From Octopus sinensis (Eukaryota): a stretch of 64,000 nt of DNA. Below, in pieces: positions 12,200-25,049 of the stretch. The stretch spans positions 63,674,001 through 63,738,000 of the forward strand of contig NC_042997.1 in NCBI RefSeq assembly GCF_006345805.1, given 5' to 3'. Both the position numbers and the translations under genes were made by a program. Numbering within the stretch: position 1 is the stretch's first letter; each line of letters begins with the position of its first letter. Under the pieces are notes generated by a model, which was not told the DNA's origin, did no database searches, and was given only the letters and a program-made list of their open reading frames with translations.

Positions 12200-12720
12200 T
12201 CATTATATATGAAGTATCACTCCGAAAATATGGTTATATTGTTCACTTTTACATAAGTGAAAGCAGGGAAATATACCAGAATGACTGTTTTATCATTTGG
12301 AAGGAGACCATTGACAAACGTTTGGACTTCAAATAACACTAGATAATATAAATTGTAACATTCGATTCACAATGGAATATAGCAAAGAACAGCTCCCATT
12401 TTATTATGATAAAAAGCAACAACCAAATTATAACTGACCTCTATTATAAACCAATGGACTCGGAACAATATATCCTCTTTAGCTAATGCCGCCCGAAACA
12501 TCAAAATAAATATCCCCTTCAATTTAGCAAAAATATTTGCGCAATAGTGTCTGATACAACTACTAGGGACCACCGTCTTCAAGACTTCAAATCAACACCA
12601 ACTGAAAGACAATATCTACTCTCACTTATAGACGATGGAATTTAGTGTGCCAAGAAATTAGTCATAAAAATACTGAAGACAACAAGGCATAACACCACAC
12701 CACATCTCAAAACACTACTG
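12200..12720 (+). mobile_element. Degenerate PLE reverse transcriptase (thumb region)
   Basis: With stops and frameshifts: DCFIIWK, NIRFTMEYSKEQLPF, TDLYYKPMDSEQY, NIPFNLAK.ICAIVSD. Confidence 0.78.
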
Positions 12721-12859
12721 TGCATATCAACCCACATTCCTAGACACAATGGATGAATGAATTATCCTTTGTTTACCGTTAACATGGAAAATTCAATAAA
12801 CAGTTACCAGGGTAGCAAAATTCACGCAAGTAACAAGGATGTAGCGACCTATTCAAAGG

Positions 12860-13700
12860 TAGAAACTCCGGGTTAACGTGTAATTTGTATAGTATAAGTA
12901 AATAAATCGAGTTGAACGCAGATGCTATTCAAATTCTTTTACTTTCGACATATGATTAGAAGACAACATTGGTTTTATTCCAATGGAATAAACCGTGGAA
13001 AAAATGGAGTCTTCTCATCAGGAAAGAAAGAGAACCTATCTCAACAACAAGGCATTATAACAAATTTGATAACAGCATAAATGATAAACAGAACATTATT
13101 AAGTACATAAAAAAAAACCGTTAGTAGATTCGACGTCAAAGGCAGATCCTAGGAAGAGAAGGGGTAAAGAAATAATAAGTAGAGAACAAATAAAGAGGGA
13201 TATTTTGGTTGAAAAAATGTTCAAAGGCATGGAATTAGATTTCCCTATTGAAGTAAAGTGCAATTCGAACTAAATGTTCAAACTATAAAGACTGGTAAAA
13301 ATCACTTATATGAGCTAAAGGTATGTGTCTGCCAGTGCTTACATTTGTAAGATCGCTCTATAAGTGTGTTAGCAAGGCCATTCTTAGAGAAGAGAATATG
13401 GAAGATTTCAGAGTTGCAAATGTTACAAAATCCTTTGCCTTTATCATAAGGGAAAGATATGGACAGGATGAACCAATCTAACTTAAAATCCTTATTGTTG
13501 TCTTTAAGATACCAAACCAATTTACTTAACCCTGTGCTATAACGTTTACTGCTATCCCTAAATGAAGAATAATGATTGGAAATTCCGTTAGATAACTGGG
13601 AAGAAGATGCGCCAATGTAGAAGTAGACATCGGCACCGCAAGAAATTTTACATTGGTATATAGAATTCTTAATCTTAGAATTATTAGACATAAATTTAAT
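12860..13700 (-). mobile_element. Naiad-type PLE 3' fragment: GIY-YIG ORF, 3' UTR and damaged hammerhead
   Basis: ORF 13302-13691: IYQCKI..FYIGASS..ISNHYSSFR..YSTGLSKLVWYLKD..CNIC.SE..CKH. A hammerhead-like element lies downstream at 12942-13026. Confidence 0.85.
12942..13026 (-). ncRNA. Hammerhead ribozyme with extended stem II; GAAA core mutated
   Basis: CUUUC-CUGAUGA-GAAGAC...GUCUUC-[UAAU instead of GAAA]-CAUAUGU-C-GAAAG. The copy at 53414-53465 keeps GAAA but lacks CUGAUGA. Confidence 0.6.
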
Positions 13701-14142
13701 TCTGTTGGGGTTAGGGATAGCAGTAAACGTTATAGCATAGGGCTAAGTAAATTGGTTTGGTATCTTAAAGACAATAATAATGATTTTGGAAGAATTGTTA
13801 GAATGCAGGGCAAAACGCTTAGCGGAATTTTGTCCATTCTGAAGTTCTGAATTCAAATTCCACAGAGGCCTGCTATGCTTTCATCGTTTCCGGTTCGATG
13901 AAATAAGTAACAGTTGAGTACAGGAGACGAAATTGCTGGCTTTGGGCATGTAGTAGGGAATTAGTAACGATAGTACACCCCTTCCACGTGACGAACGTAT
14001 AACGTAGACTCGGGTGAAATTCCTCTCTCCCATTTATCATATATACGTGCATGCGACCGTAGCAGGGAACAGCTAGCCGTTGATCGCTAGTTGGATCCCG
14101 TTATCTGGGGGCAGTCCACATTCATTGTCTGCGGCTATGTGG

Positions 14143-14361
14143 CAGAAACGTTAGCACGCCGGGCGAAATGCGTAGCCGTATTTCGTCTGCCGTTACGTTC
14201 CGAGTTCAAATTCCGCCGAGCTTGACTTTGCCTTTCATCCTTTCGAGGTCGATAAATTAAGTACCAGGTTACGCACTGGGGTCGATATAATCGACTTAAT
14301 CCGTTAGTCTGTCCTTGTTTGCCCTCTCTGTGTTTAGCCCTTTGTGGGTAGTAAAGAAATA
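14143..14361 (+). mobile_element. tRNA-derived SINE with Meta-like central domain
   Basis: B-box-like GAGTTCAAATTCC and central GCCTTTCATCCTTTCGAGGTCGATAAATTAAGTACCAG (MetaSINE-like); tail ends TAAAGAAATA. Possible 9-bp TSD GCTATGTGG (14134-14142 / 14362-14370). Confidence 0.85.
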
Positions 14362-14362
14362 G

Positions 14363-14935
14363 CTATGTGGAAAATACATTTTCCATCTCGTGTGTGATAC
14401 AAGATGCAAAGAACGAAGGGGATTTAAATGTTGCGTGGTTTGATCTGCCTTGATCTTATGGTTCTGTACCACACAAATTGTTGATGGAAGCAATGGACTT
14501 TTTTCAAAAACTGAAAGAAATTAAGAATCTAATAAGGAGCTACTAAAACAATTTCAAATTGCAGTTCATTGCAGAAAATTTCACAACAGACTGGCATCAT
14601 CTTGAAATTGGAATTGCTGCATCTTGCATAATATCAATGATTTAGTTGGAGCTTGTTATGGAGATGCTTCTTAGATCAGAAAGATTATTCAGAAGAAATA
14701 GCTCAAGTTATAATTATCTAAGAAGGAATTAATGGATGACTTAACAATACTAAAAAGAAATCAAATGGATATGCAAATAGTTCTGGATAGATGAGATGAA
14801 CTAACTACTTGGTTAAGAATGTGGTTTAAAGCAAATTGGTAATGCAGTCTTTCATTTGTCAAAGGTCAGAAGATGCAAGTGGAATTTAAAATAGCAGAGG
14901 GAAACAATGCCAAAGTTTAAAGTTTAACATATCAT
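14363..14935 (+). mobile_element. Degenerate HERO-like (R2 group, REL-type) reverse transcriptase
   Basis: WFDLP*SYGSVPHKLL, NFTTDWHHLEIGIAASCIIS, LVMEMLLR and MDDLTIL..LTTWLRMWFKA, with stops. Confidence 0.78.
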
Positions 14936-17900
14936 TAAATGTTCTCTTAACCATTATCATGCTGTTGTGTCTTTTTATGTCTGGCTCTATTGGTTCTATT
15001 CAATTTCTCTATATTGCAACAGCCGTATGATGCGGTACCAAAGAGCCATTCTCGTCACCTCACATCACCCAGCCTTTATAAATGGAATAACCTAGTTCCT
15101 ATAAGTAAAGAGAAGTAGGTGAAATACCAGAGTACGTATTAGACAGCCATCTTGTTGATTGCTGTGCAACTACTGCCTTTGTGTGGAACACGTCTGTTTT
15201 GCCGTATTGTGGCTGTGTTGTTCGACGTCTTCCCTCTTGTGTGATGGGGGCACATCGTGCTAGTTCCGCTCGTTGTAGTCTGTGAGTTTGTGAAGTTTTG
15301 TATTCAAAATTGGATTTAGCTGTTATTTTCTATTGATCAAGGCTTTTCTGTTCTCCTCCCTTAACAGAGGTGGGTGGGATGGCCAGTTTTTTCTGCATAG
15401 TAGCCATTAGCCATAGTAATAGAAACAGTATGGAGAACACGGGTGAAAGATATCGCGACAGGTACCTTTATTTGTAGCTGAAGTTTGGTTAATTATTTTA
15501 ACTATCACTTCAGGAGTAAAATCAGGCTGGAAAAGACATACCTGTCGCACAGTATGTTCCCAAAATGATGGCTAAATGTTGAAAGAAATTTGAGAATGGA
15601 TGGAACCGGCTGAGTCTAGCCATCCGACCAGGAAAAAAAGGGAATGTAGGTTAATGGTGGTAGGCTTATTAGCCCAGGCAACTTACACATTCTTAATAGA
15701 ATTTCATTTATTAAAAAAGAATAATTTAACATCATATATTTGTAAACATTAACGGCTAAAACACGATACAATTTATGTTTGTCTGTCCTTTTACCGTCCC
15801 CTCTGTGTTCTGCCCTGTGTGGCAAATAAGGAAAAAGTACTTAGTTGGTGGTCAGAGATAGTTATGTCTTTACTGGTTTTACTAAGTATACTGTATACGG
15901 AATTCGGCGTTATAACAATCCAACATCGAAAGGAGCAGAATTTGAAACCAATATTTTCTTGCATGTTTTCTAAATATAGGTTTTGATTATAAAGATATTT
16001 CAAATATTAGGCCTCCTTTCTCATAATGTGCTGGGATTTAATCACCATAAATGGCTTTTCAAATACTTTCATAATAGCGCTGTATTCCACATTATTGTAT
16101 AATCATATCTATCACCAAGGGACATGCTTCCAAGCAATTAGACTATTAGTAATTTCTAATTCATTACATAATTCTCTTTGCAAAACAGAAAACCCAAACC
16201 GCAAAATATAACAAAACATCATGTCAGTAATATTTTCGTGTCGTCTGTTTTCTATCTTTCCTTTTACATTTTTTAAATTTTGGCTCCCTGTCAGTTTTAC
16301 ACCCAACTAATGTTTCTTTCCCGAGATGGGAACACCTTTCACATCCTGTTTCTTTAATTTAAAGGAAGTTGGAGGGAAACATCTATAAATTCACTTCAAT
16401 TAAGATAGAAATGGACCCTTGGCTCTAAGGAATTTTGACGTTATATAATTGGCGCTAATAAAGGAAAAAAAGAAAAGAAAACGATTTCGATATATACACT
16501 TAGAAGACAATTAAAACAAATATCTATGTAGTTCTCAAAACAGCACACTCTAAAAATTCCTATCAAGCCACTATATTCCTAAGAGAACACATATGCACAA
16601 CATAAAAACATAAAAACAATAGTTGTCTTTATTATAGATTAAGTCAGTTAAGTAATTCGATTGTCAGTGAAGTACTTGAGGAAGAATATAATATAAGGTA
16701 ATCCATATCATTACCGGTTGTGTGCATATCTTACTCTGACTTACACAAGAGAATAAAAATGCTAACTTATTAAGAATTTCCTGGATACACTACGAACATA
16801 AAATTTTGTTTTTAGTAATTCTCAAATTAGCAGAGCACGAATATAATGCATCAGTTTAGCCAGCGCAGGCCAAGCAACGACACTAAATTGAACATGAATA
16901 TAAACCTAGCATGATCATTTTATCTCCAGAATCCAAATAGCTATGGTAACATACATATATATATGGTATTTAGAGGAATAACAGACACACTGCGACTGAA
17001 TGCATATTATCTCCTTCCGCTCTGACCGATATCACAGCTGATATACAGATCTGAAAATACAGGGTGGAGGAAAAATAGGGAACATAATTAGACTGCAAAA
17101 CTGCATATCATCCGATAAAGGAATACATGTCAGAGTACAGATGTAAGGATAGATTTGAGAGAAATACTTAAGATCACAAAGAATTTTATTCCATATTTCA
17201 ATCTTCGGTTTAAGCGTCAATACTATCACCAATTAATACCATCATTACTGAAAAACCACTATAATCCAATCCAAAATCACTACTAGTCAAAACCACCCTG
17301 TCAATATTGCTCCAATAAAATGTGGTAACAGCAAAACGTTTTTATATAACACAACTGCTAATTACTATCAACAACTAAGTATAGGTAAAGAGAGAAAATA
17401 ATAGGAACAATTGTACATTAATGAATGAGAGAGACAAAAGCTACATACATATAAATTTACAAAAAGACGTTATGAATAAAACAGCGTCAGCCATAAGAGA
17501 CCATTCGTCAGGTATGAAAAGCTGTTGGACTTCAGTACCTACCAATTATAGCAGAGAATTAGGGTAAAAGAAAATATAAATCAGATCAATGCCAACAGCA
17601 TTAAATGAACAGTAATAATATCCGAAGATAGATTAACTAAATGAAAAATTGTTAAGACAATTAGGTCAATGTTTTACAAGTAAACTAGAATCGATGTAAG
17701 ACCAGAGTATAACACACAAGTGAAAGAAAGGTTATACTATAGACGTATTAGATTAATATTCAAAACTGGATTCTATACAAAGAATAGTTAATAATTATCA
17801 ACACATCCTTCCCCGTTTTAGTCTTAATATTCTCAAAGGAAAGTGCGTAGAATTAGTAAATCTAATTTAGAAAATATAAAACAAATAATAACAGTGTTTA

Positions 17901-18225
17901 TATTGAACTATTTAAAATGCAGTAAATAAAGTTTATTACATTTACAAGAAGAAAAGTTGTGGAGAAAAGTTATGAGCCGAATATTGTTGGGAATTATCTA
18001 TTGTAAGCATTTATATAATTGTTCAAGCTTTGTGATACACTAAAGAATAAAGTAAACTAATATAAATATCAAAATAGTTATAAATGAAGTTCATAGAAAT
18101 GGTTATACAAACATAGAATCTTAAAATTTCAGCAACACAAGTGTACGAGGAAGATGTTAAACAACACCATGACACACACTCACACGCATGCATGTATGCA
18201 TATCTATTTCCCTATGCACACAGGC

Positions 18226-18271
<46 letters not shown>

Positions 18272-18276
<5 letters not shown>

Positions 18277-18543
18277 GATGAATATGGTACTTAAGTTGAG
18301 GCAACAGAACTTAGTATGCTACAATCCATACAATTTCAAACTAAGGTGATTAAAATCAAAATAAGCAACAAGGATATCCAGAGGTAATGCAGTACGGTTG
18401 TTTCATGCAACTCCATTTAATTGAACAATGCAATCATTACATCAATTTAAAATGCAGAGCAATCTTCGGCTGCACAAAGACATAGCATCTAATTAAACTA
18501 GAACAGGTGGATACATCACTATAATTATACCCAAAATCTCCAA
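18272..18543 (+). mobile_element. Single-arm copy of the foldback family at 20283-21175
   Basis: Aligns with 20283-20550; flanked by (TA)n. Confidence 0.8.
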
Positions 18544-20213
18544 TATATATATATATATACAGAGAGAGAGAGAGAGAGAGAGAGGATTGGTGAGAGAGAG
18601 AGAGAGGAGAGAAAGAAAGAAAGGACGAAAGAGAGAAAGGAAGAAAGAGATATGAACTAAATTGAAATGTGACCTAAATGCCTGATATGCAGCAAGTTAA
18701 TCAATCACGGAAGGAATTGAATTCAGATCTTAATATTTCGGCCCTCCTGCCTTTAAATAATTACAATAATTCTGATATTCACTCATAGCGTCTAGTTCTG
18801 AATCGAAAAATGTTAAGTGCGTAAACCTCCCCATATTGTTCCCATGCCCACTTTATTAGAGCCTTTATGACACCTGTCCACTTAGGAACTATTCAAATAA
18901 ATTTGCCCTAAATTAAATTGTTGATTGAAGACTAAAATAATACAGAAACTGTATTGGGCTGTCAAAGTAGAAAAATAACGAAAAGATATGCAAAGAAACG
19001 AAATTAGAAACTACGTTTCCAATATGTTAAGTCTCGTATTAGGTTGAAAAAAGAAAAAAAAAACATTTATTATTTATGTCTGCTACCTGAAAATCGGGAC
19101 GAGACAGTAATTGTAGGTAAATGACCTAAATGATCTCAACCTTTATCCTATAGCTACAACATATTGACGATGGTCGATTGGATATTGATTGCTTTCTTAA
19201 ATCGTAATAAGCATTCCGAAGCCTGTTTCATTTATTTTATCCTCAATATTGGATACTTACATTATTATTAGATAGTGTACGGTAGTCATTATTGCTATTA
19301 GACGACCAAAGATATCACGTGTCTAAAAATCAATATATCAAAACGATTTAGTTAAAAGCTTGGACCGTGTTTATACTGAAGATTTCAAATGATCTATCTT
19401 TAAACTATACGCTAAACATATATGAAAATTGAATTGCAAAAATACGATGACCAGCAGAGGTTACTGATTGCTATTGGGAAAGCGGGTCCCGAGTACTCTT
19501 TGTGAAAATGTATTTACTTGAAATCTGCAGTCTATTCAGTCGTCTTCTTCATCTTATTTTATTCATTCTCATGAATAAAATAAAAAATACTCTCATAGGG
19601 TTCGTGTTAAAATTCGCACGTTTAAGCAATTAAAGAGAATACCAAAGTTATAGAATCGAAGTAATACACGAACTATATAACCATCATAATTATTTTGTAA
19701 TATAGTAACAACATTCGTGGTGTGACCTTTGATAAGATATTTATGTCTCTTGGGAGTAGTATGACTATGAATTTATTCATAAATTTTTCTAGGTAAACTT
19801 CTATTTGATTGTGAACAACTTTATTTGAGAAATCATTCAATGTAACATACTATGTAAACAGTCTATATAAACATAGATAGATCTAGTTCCTAGGTCAGAA
19901 ATACATTACTGGCTTTATAAATTGTGCATTCAATTCTCTTCCTAATTTGTTTCTTTCAGCAGCAACACTTAAGAGCATTTATTTTCGATTTCAGTAATTT
20001 CTGTGAATTTGAACCATAATAGAAGTACTGATAGTGCTACTCTGCATTCATTTCTATCCTCTTACTCAAGATAAAGTCGATTAGAACAGTCGGACAAACG
20101 GTCAGCAAAACTTGATATAAATGTAGTGACGTTAATTTGAGAAATATTTCTTTTTCTTAAGGGCCAGGAAGTAATCTGTAGTACGAAGGGGCAAGTTAAC
20201 AGCTTTCGATAGT

Positions 20214-20266
<53 letters not shown>

Positions 20267-20282
20267 GGGGAGAGAGAGAGAG

Positions 20283-21175
20283 ATTAAGATGAATATGGTA
20301 CTTAAGTTGAGGCAACAGAATTTAGCACGGTATTATCCATACAATTTCATAGTAAGTGATAAAAATCAAGATAAGCAACACGGATATCCAGGGGTAGTAC
20401 AGTACGATCGTTTCATGCAACTCCATTTAATTTAACAATGCAATCATTACGTGAATTTAAATGCAGAGCAAACCTCATGCACAAAGACATAAATTTAATT
20501 AAGTTAAAACAGATGGACACATTAGTATAATTATACCTAGAATCTACAAGAAGTTAAAGAGATAGAAAAAGAACATGCTACCTTCACACCAGCATAGAAG
20601 CTTCTTCTTTCGCCCTTTTGAAGCCTAGCCAGACTCATGGGCCGGTTTCCCGGTTTCTGTGGCGTATGTGTTCCCCCCAGCTGGACGGGACGCCAGTCCA
20701 TCGGAGAGTTACTCAAGAAACAGGAAGAGAGAGAGAGAGAAACTTGTGGCGAAAGATACAACAGGGGTCACCACCACCCCTGCCGGAACCTCCTGGAGCT
20801 TTTAGGTGTTTTCGCTCGATAAAAACGCACAACACCCGATCTGGGAATGGGAACCACGATCCTACAACCGCGAGTCCGCTGTCCTAACCACTGGGCCATT
20901 TCGCCTCCAGCATAGAAGCTACCAAGACCTTAGTAGCTTCAATGCTACAGGGAAGGCAGCATATTCTTTGTCTATCTCCTTAACTTGTTGAAGATTTTGG
21001 ACATAATTATACTGTGTCCATCTGTTTTAATTTAATTTAATTCAATTCTATGTCTTTGTGCATGAGGATTGCTCCGCATTTAAATTGATGATACGATTGC
21101 ATTGTTAAATAAAATGGAGCTGCATGAAACGATCGTTCTCCATTACCTCTGGATATCCTTGTTGCTTATTTTGAT
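20283..21175. mobile_element. Long foldback element (~240-bp inverted arms, ~12-nt loop) interrupted by a SINE
   Basis: 20365-20602 is the inverted partner of 20922-21175. Removing the SINE leaves GAAGCTA-CCAAGACCTTAG-TAGCTTC at the centre. Confidence 0.8.
20603..20906 (-). mobile_element. tRNA-derived SINE with 14-bp TSD
   Basis: Head GCCCAGTGGTTAGG...GTTCCCATTCCCAG on the minus strand. CCAGCATAGAAGCT is duplicated at 20589-20602 and 20907-20920. Related to 43314-43650. Confidence 0.88.
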
Positions 21176-21178
21176 ATG

Positions 21179-21243
<65 letters not shown>

Positions 21244-21323
21244 CTGCTGCTCTCTATCTACATACTCCTGCGTACCAAAGACATTCCCTTAAAGATAATT
21301 TTTTCATTATTTAATATATAAAT

Positions 21324-21933
21324 CAGTGTTTCTCAACCATATTTTTTACTTATGGACCCCTTTCATTACTTTTTTATTCTGGTGGACCCCCATGGACATT
21401 TGATTTTAAGAACTAGTTTTATAGATACTTCTTTCATACTTCTTGTTATATTTGCTACGCATTGACTTTGCTCTTCTTTTCGGATTATGGCTGCTGTTGC
21501 TTAGTGAGTGGGATTGACTCAGTTGCCAAAGTCCAAGGTGGCCCATCCGCAACTACGATACTAGATACTTTTTTTTTACTAAAAGTCTACGAACACAGCC
21601 AGGGTGAAATAATTAATGCTTTCTTCCAGGAGTGAATTAAATATTCTCAAACTTGAGGGGATGGGCCCCTTAGATACTAACATGGCCCTCCATATATGGA
21701 TTCTAATGGCGCAGGGGCCACTTGCCATCGGGCAAGCTGCCGTCCTGGCCAGTCCACCACTGATGACCTATATAAAACATTAGAGGAACAGATTTTGCTG
21801 TTTCTTGCAATAAATAACTCTAAAGCATGATTTACCTTGATCCATAAAATATTATTGTGGATCTCCAATTTATTATTTTGCTTATATTATATAGATCTCC
21901 AGGGGCAATATGGTCTCTGGGTGTGAAACACTG
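21324..21933. mobile_element. Non-autonomous hAT-like element
   Basis: TIRs CAGTGTTTCTCAACC / GGGTGTGAAACACTG (13/15 complementary). Degenerate 8-bp flanks ATATAAAT / CTGTAAAA with central TA. Confidence 0.6.
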
Positions 21934-22004
21934 CTGTAAAATTTATTGTCGTTTTATAGGAGTAGTAATTTGTTAGCGGGATATTCGCCTGATATTTCTA
22001 CCAG

Positions 22005-22080
22005 AAGCTCCATTGGCGAAATACTATCTTTGAGTGGTATCCAGGATACCTGTACACGTCTTATGATAATGATTTCAAAA
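22005..22080 (+). CDS. Candidate internal coding exon, product unknown
   Basis: Acceptor TATTTCTACCAG and donor AAA/GTAAGC enclose the open frame KLHWRNTIFEWYPGYLYTSYDNDFK (phase 0 in, phase 1 out). Confidence 0.28.
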
Positions 22081-23116
22081 GTAAGCATGAACATCACCAC
22101 ATTATATTTTCTTTGTTTCTGAAATCAATAGATCTGATAAAGTCGAAGAGACAGCACAGTTTTTGCTTAATTATATTTGTTTATTTGTTTTTTTCACATG
22201 CTTGGGCAATAATAATTTTATTAGTTTCTTGGAAATTATTTTATAGTTTATACATTCACACCTTCTATGATAATTATTTTCGCACATATTTAATGACCAG
22301 ACAAAATATCAAACTAATTAGATCTTTTACTTTTTTTAATTTTAGATTTTCATTTTTATAATAATTAAAATTTTATCGGTCTTTCCAAACAATAACCATG
22401 TTTCACTAACGATGTCTCACTAACCATGTTTCTTTAACAGTTGGCTGCTTCAAATGAAAGAGTGTTTTATTACACATCATATTTGATTGGATTGTGGTAG
22501 AAAAGTTGGATTTTCTGATAATTATGCCATTTCAGTATCACTAGTTGTTATTGTAGTGGTTGTTGTTATTACTTTCACAGTTGCTATTTGCAAAGTAATT
22601 ATAGATCTACGTCATCCTTAATCGATATGCCCTATATTCATAGGCGTCAAACTGTGACAATCACGTCTTCCACCTCCGTGTAAATAATTCATTATAATTT
22701 ACAAAATTTATGAAACGATGGTTGTGATTTCAAGGAGAATATGATAAACACTTCTGGCAGACCATGCAACTACGTAGTGGCTCCTTTGTTGAATCACAAT
22801 ATCATAAGCGATGTGGCAGTGACATGCTATAAGCGATGGTAGATTGAGAGATTAACCAAGTATTAAGATTCGATTGATATTATTTTTTAATTACTTTCAT
22901 TCACTTGAATAAGGAAATCGATTTCTGTTGTGTTTGTTGAATGAAAACTCAGAATATTTGACTAACTGAACTGAGAAAATGTTTCTAATGCTGCAATATA
23001 ATCGATTAAACTATTTTGGATATGACGATTATTTGCATGTTTATTCTTAATTCGTTCAACCAGTTTTGGAAGCAAAATAGGCCGATCGCTGAAGTTTACC
23101 TGATAGGAGAACTTAC

Positions 23117-23255
23117 TTTTCCGACCAGGCTTATTGGCGCAAGAGATTCTGCGTTTCGATGTGTTTGTTTCCTCAGCTACATGTTCCTGGATCAAGTTAC
23201 TGTGCATGTTAATTATTTCAGCAAACAAATTGTTTGCTGACCGGTGCTTTATCTG
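23117..23255 (-). CDS. Candidate exon, product unknown
   Basis: Acceptor CTTTACTTTATCGTTTAG(CAG) and donor AAA/GTAAGT. Only one frame is open (QIKHRSANNLFAEIINMHSNLIQEH...KPGRK). The region is locally CpG-richer. Confidence 0.22.
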
Positions 23256-24382
23256 CTAAACGATAAAGTAAAGCGTACTTTGCGCTGCAGGTAGAGAGAT
23301 TTGACGCGATAGTTTGCATATTTAATCTTAATACGTCCAGGCAAATTCGAACGCAAAATATGCTAATCATTGTGTGATTCATGGGACAACAACTTCTCTC
23401 TTTATGACGACAGTGTATAAGTGTTGCTATGTAAACTTTGCTTTCAATATAACAGGGTTATTAGATGTTAAAAATGTTAAAATCATGAGAATGTCGAGTA
23501 AATGGGTAATACTTTTGGTAATCTACGTCGTGAATTGAATTCAAGCCTTGCCGAGTCATACATTTCTCGTTCTTTCTCCTGAGGCCATGAATGAAATACC
23601 AATCAAGTACTCTCGTCGATTTCTCCCTCTTACTTTATTTCAGTTACTCACATACACTCAGTCTCACTGTCTCTCTTTCTTTTTCTCTCCCTATCTTTTC
23701 CTTTCTCTCTCTTTCTCTCACTTTCATTTCCCGATCAACAATATTTCTCTGACGAACACGATAAACAGAATATTCTTCTACCAAGAAATGCAACTTTATC
23801 GGAGAAATTATTGTGGAGGGCCATTATATTTTTCAATCCTTGCTAGTAATATTCTAGTGTTAAAAGACGAACTATGATATCTAAAAGTCAATAAAAATTT
23901 CCATAGATATCAAAGATTGTAGATGTGAGTAGAGATGCACTGATAAGCGGACGGACTTGCAGCAAGGAGACATATTTTAAAATATATATATATCGATTAA
24001 TTATTGAAAGACTGAGAATACTTTTTGAAAATATTTTCGAATGTACTAACAATATACAGAGATAAAATTAAATATAAAATTTAATCTAGCTGTCGGGGCT
24101 AAATGAGCTCGTTCACCACACCGTGTCCCCCAAGTTTAGTTTTAATCTAGAGTTAGATACTTTTATCATTATCTTGTATTGGCTGGCACATTATAAATGG
24201 CTGGTGTTTGTTAAGCTTAAACTGATTAGATGTACTTCATATATATCTTTTAAATTTGTTTACGGTAAACGTTTTAATAAGCATATTCCATTTCTCCTCA
24301 GACTGAAAAACTGATGAACAACCTTAATCGATTTTCGAACCTTATTGGATTCTCATACGAGGTGTCCACGATGATTATAATG

Positions 24383-24697
24383 TTGATGATGATCATGATG
24401 CTGATGATGATGATGACGGACTCGCACGTCGAAGACAGCGTATGAGTGTTCCACATATGTCGAACAACCTGCATAAAAGATTTGTTTATTGTAATCAAAT
24501 GTCCGTGCCGCATTCACTCACTGTCTCCATTAAACCGACGTTGTCTGAACAGGTGCACGGTGTACCACGTGTCAGGTTTCGAAGTGATGGCAGAGTGATG
24601 TGGGATGAAGTGTCTTGCTCAAGAACACAAGGCACCACACATTATAGCAATGAAAACCATGATCTCGTGATCGTGAGTCCAACATTCTAACCACTAA

Positions 24698-24700
<3 letters not shown>
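24383..24700 (-). mobile_element. tRNA-derived SINE with (CAT)n tail
   Basis: Head GGCTTAGTGGTTAGAATG and GTGTTCTTGAGCAAGACAC on the minus strand; (GAT)n run at 24383-24417. Confidence 0.72.
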
Positions 24701-24736
<36 letters not shown>

Positions 24737-25049
24737 GTATATGGATATGTATATATATATATATACATGTATGGATGCATCTATGTGTGCACCTGTGTCT
24801 GTATGTATATATTATGTAATCTATGTATACATATTCACACATATATATGTGTTTGTCTGTGCAAGTAGCTATACGTATAAATTTCTACATGTATTCGTGA
24901 GCGCATGTATCTAACTATGCATGCATGTTCACGTGTATACCTTTATGTATACATGCAGTCGTACACACTGATATAGCTATGGATTGAAATGCACATATGA
25001 ATCGCATTTTATGCTGAAGTGCCTGAATTTTTTACATATTTTAACAGTA

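Noticed and set aside
13302-13691. Selenocysteine recoding, known in some Naiad PLEs
   Set aside because: The supplied ORF is open with ordinary Cys codons, there is no in-frame TGA, and I could not identify a SECIS.
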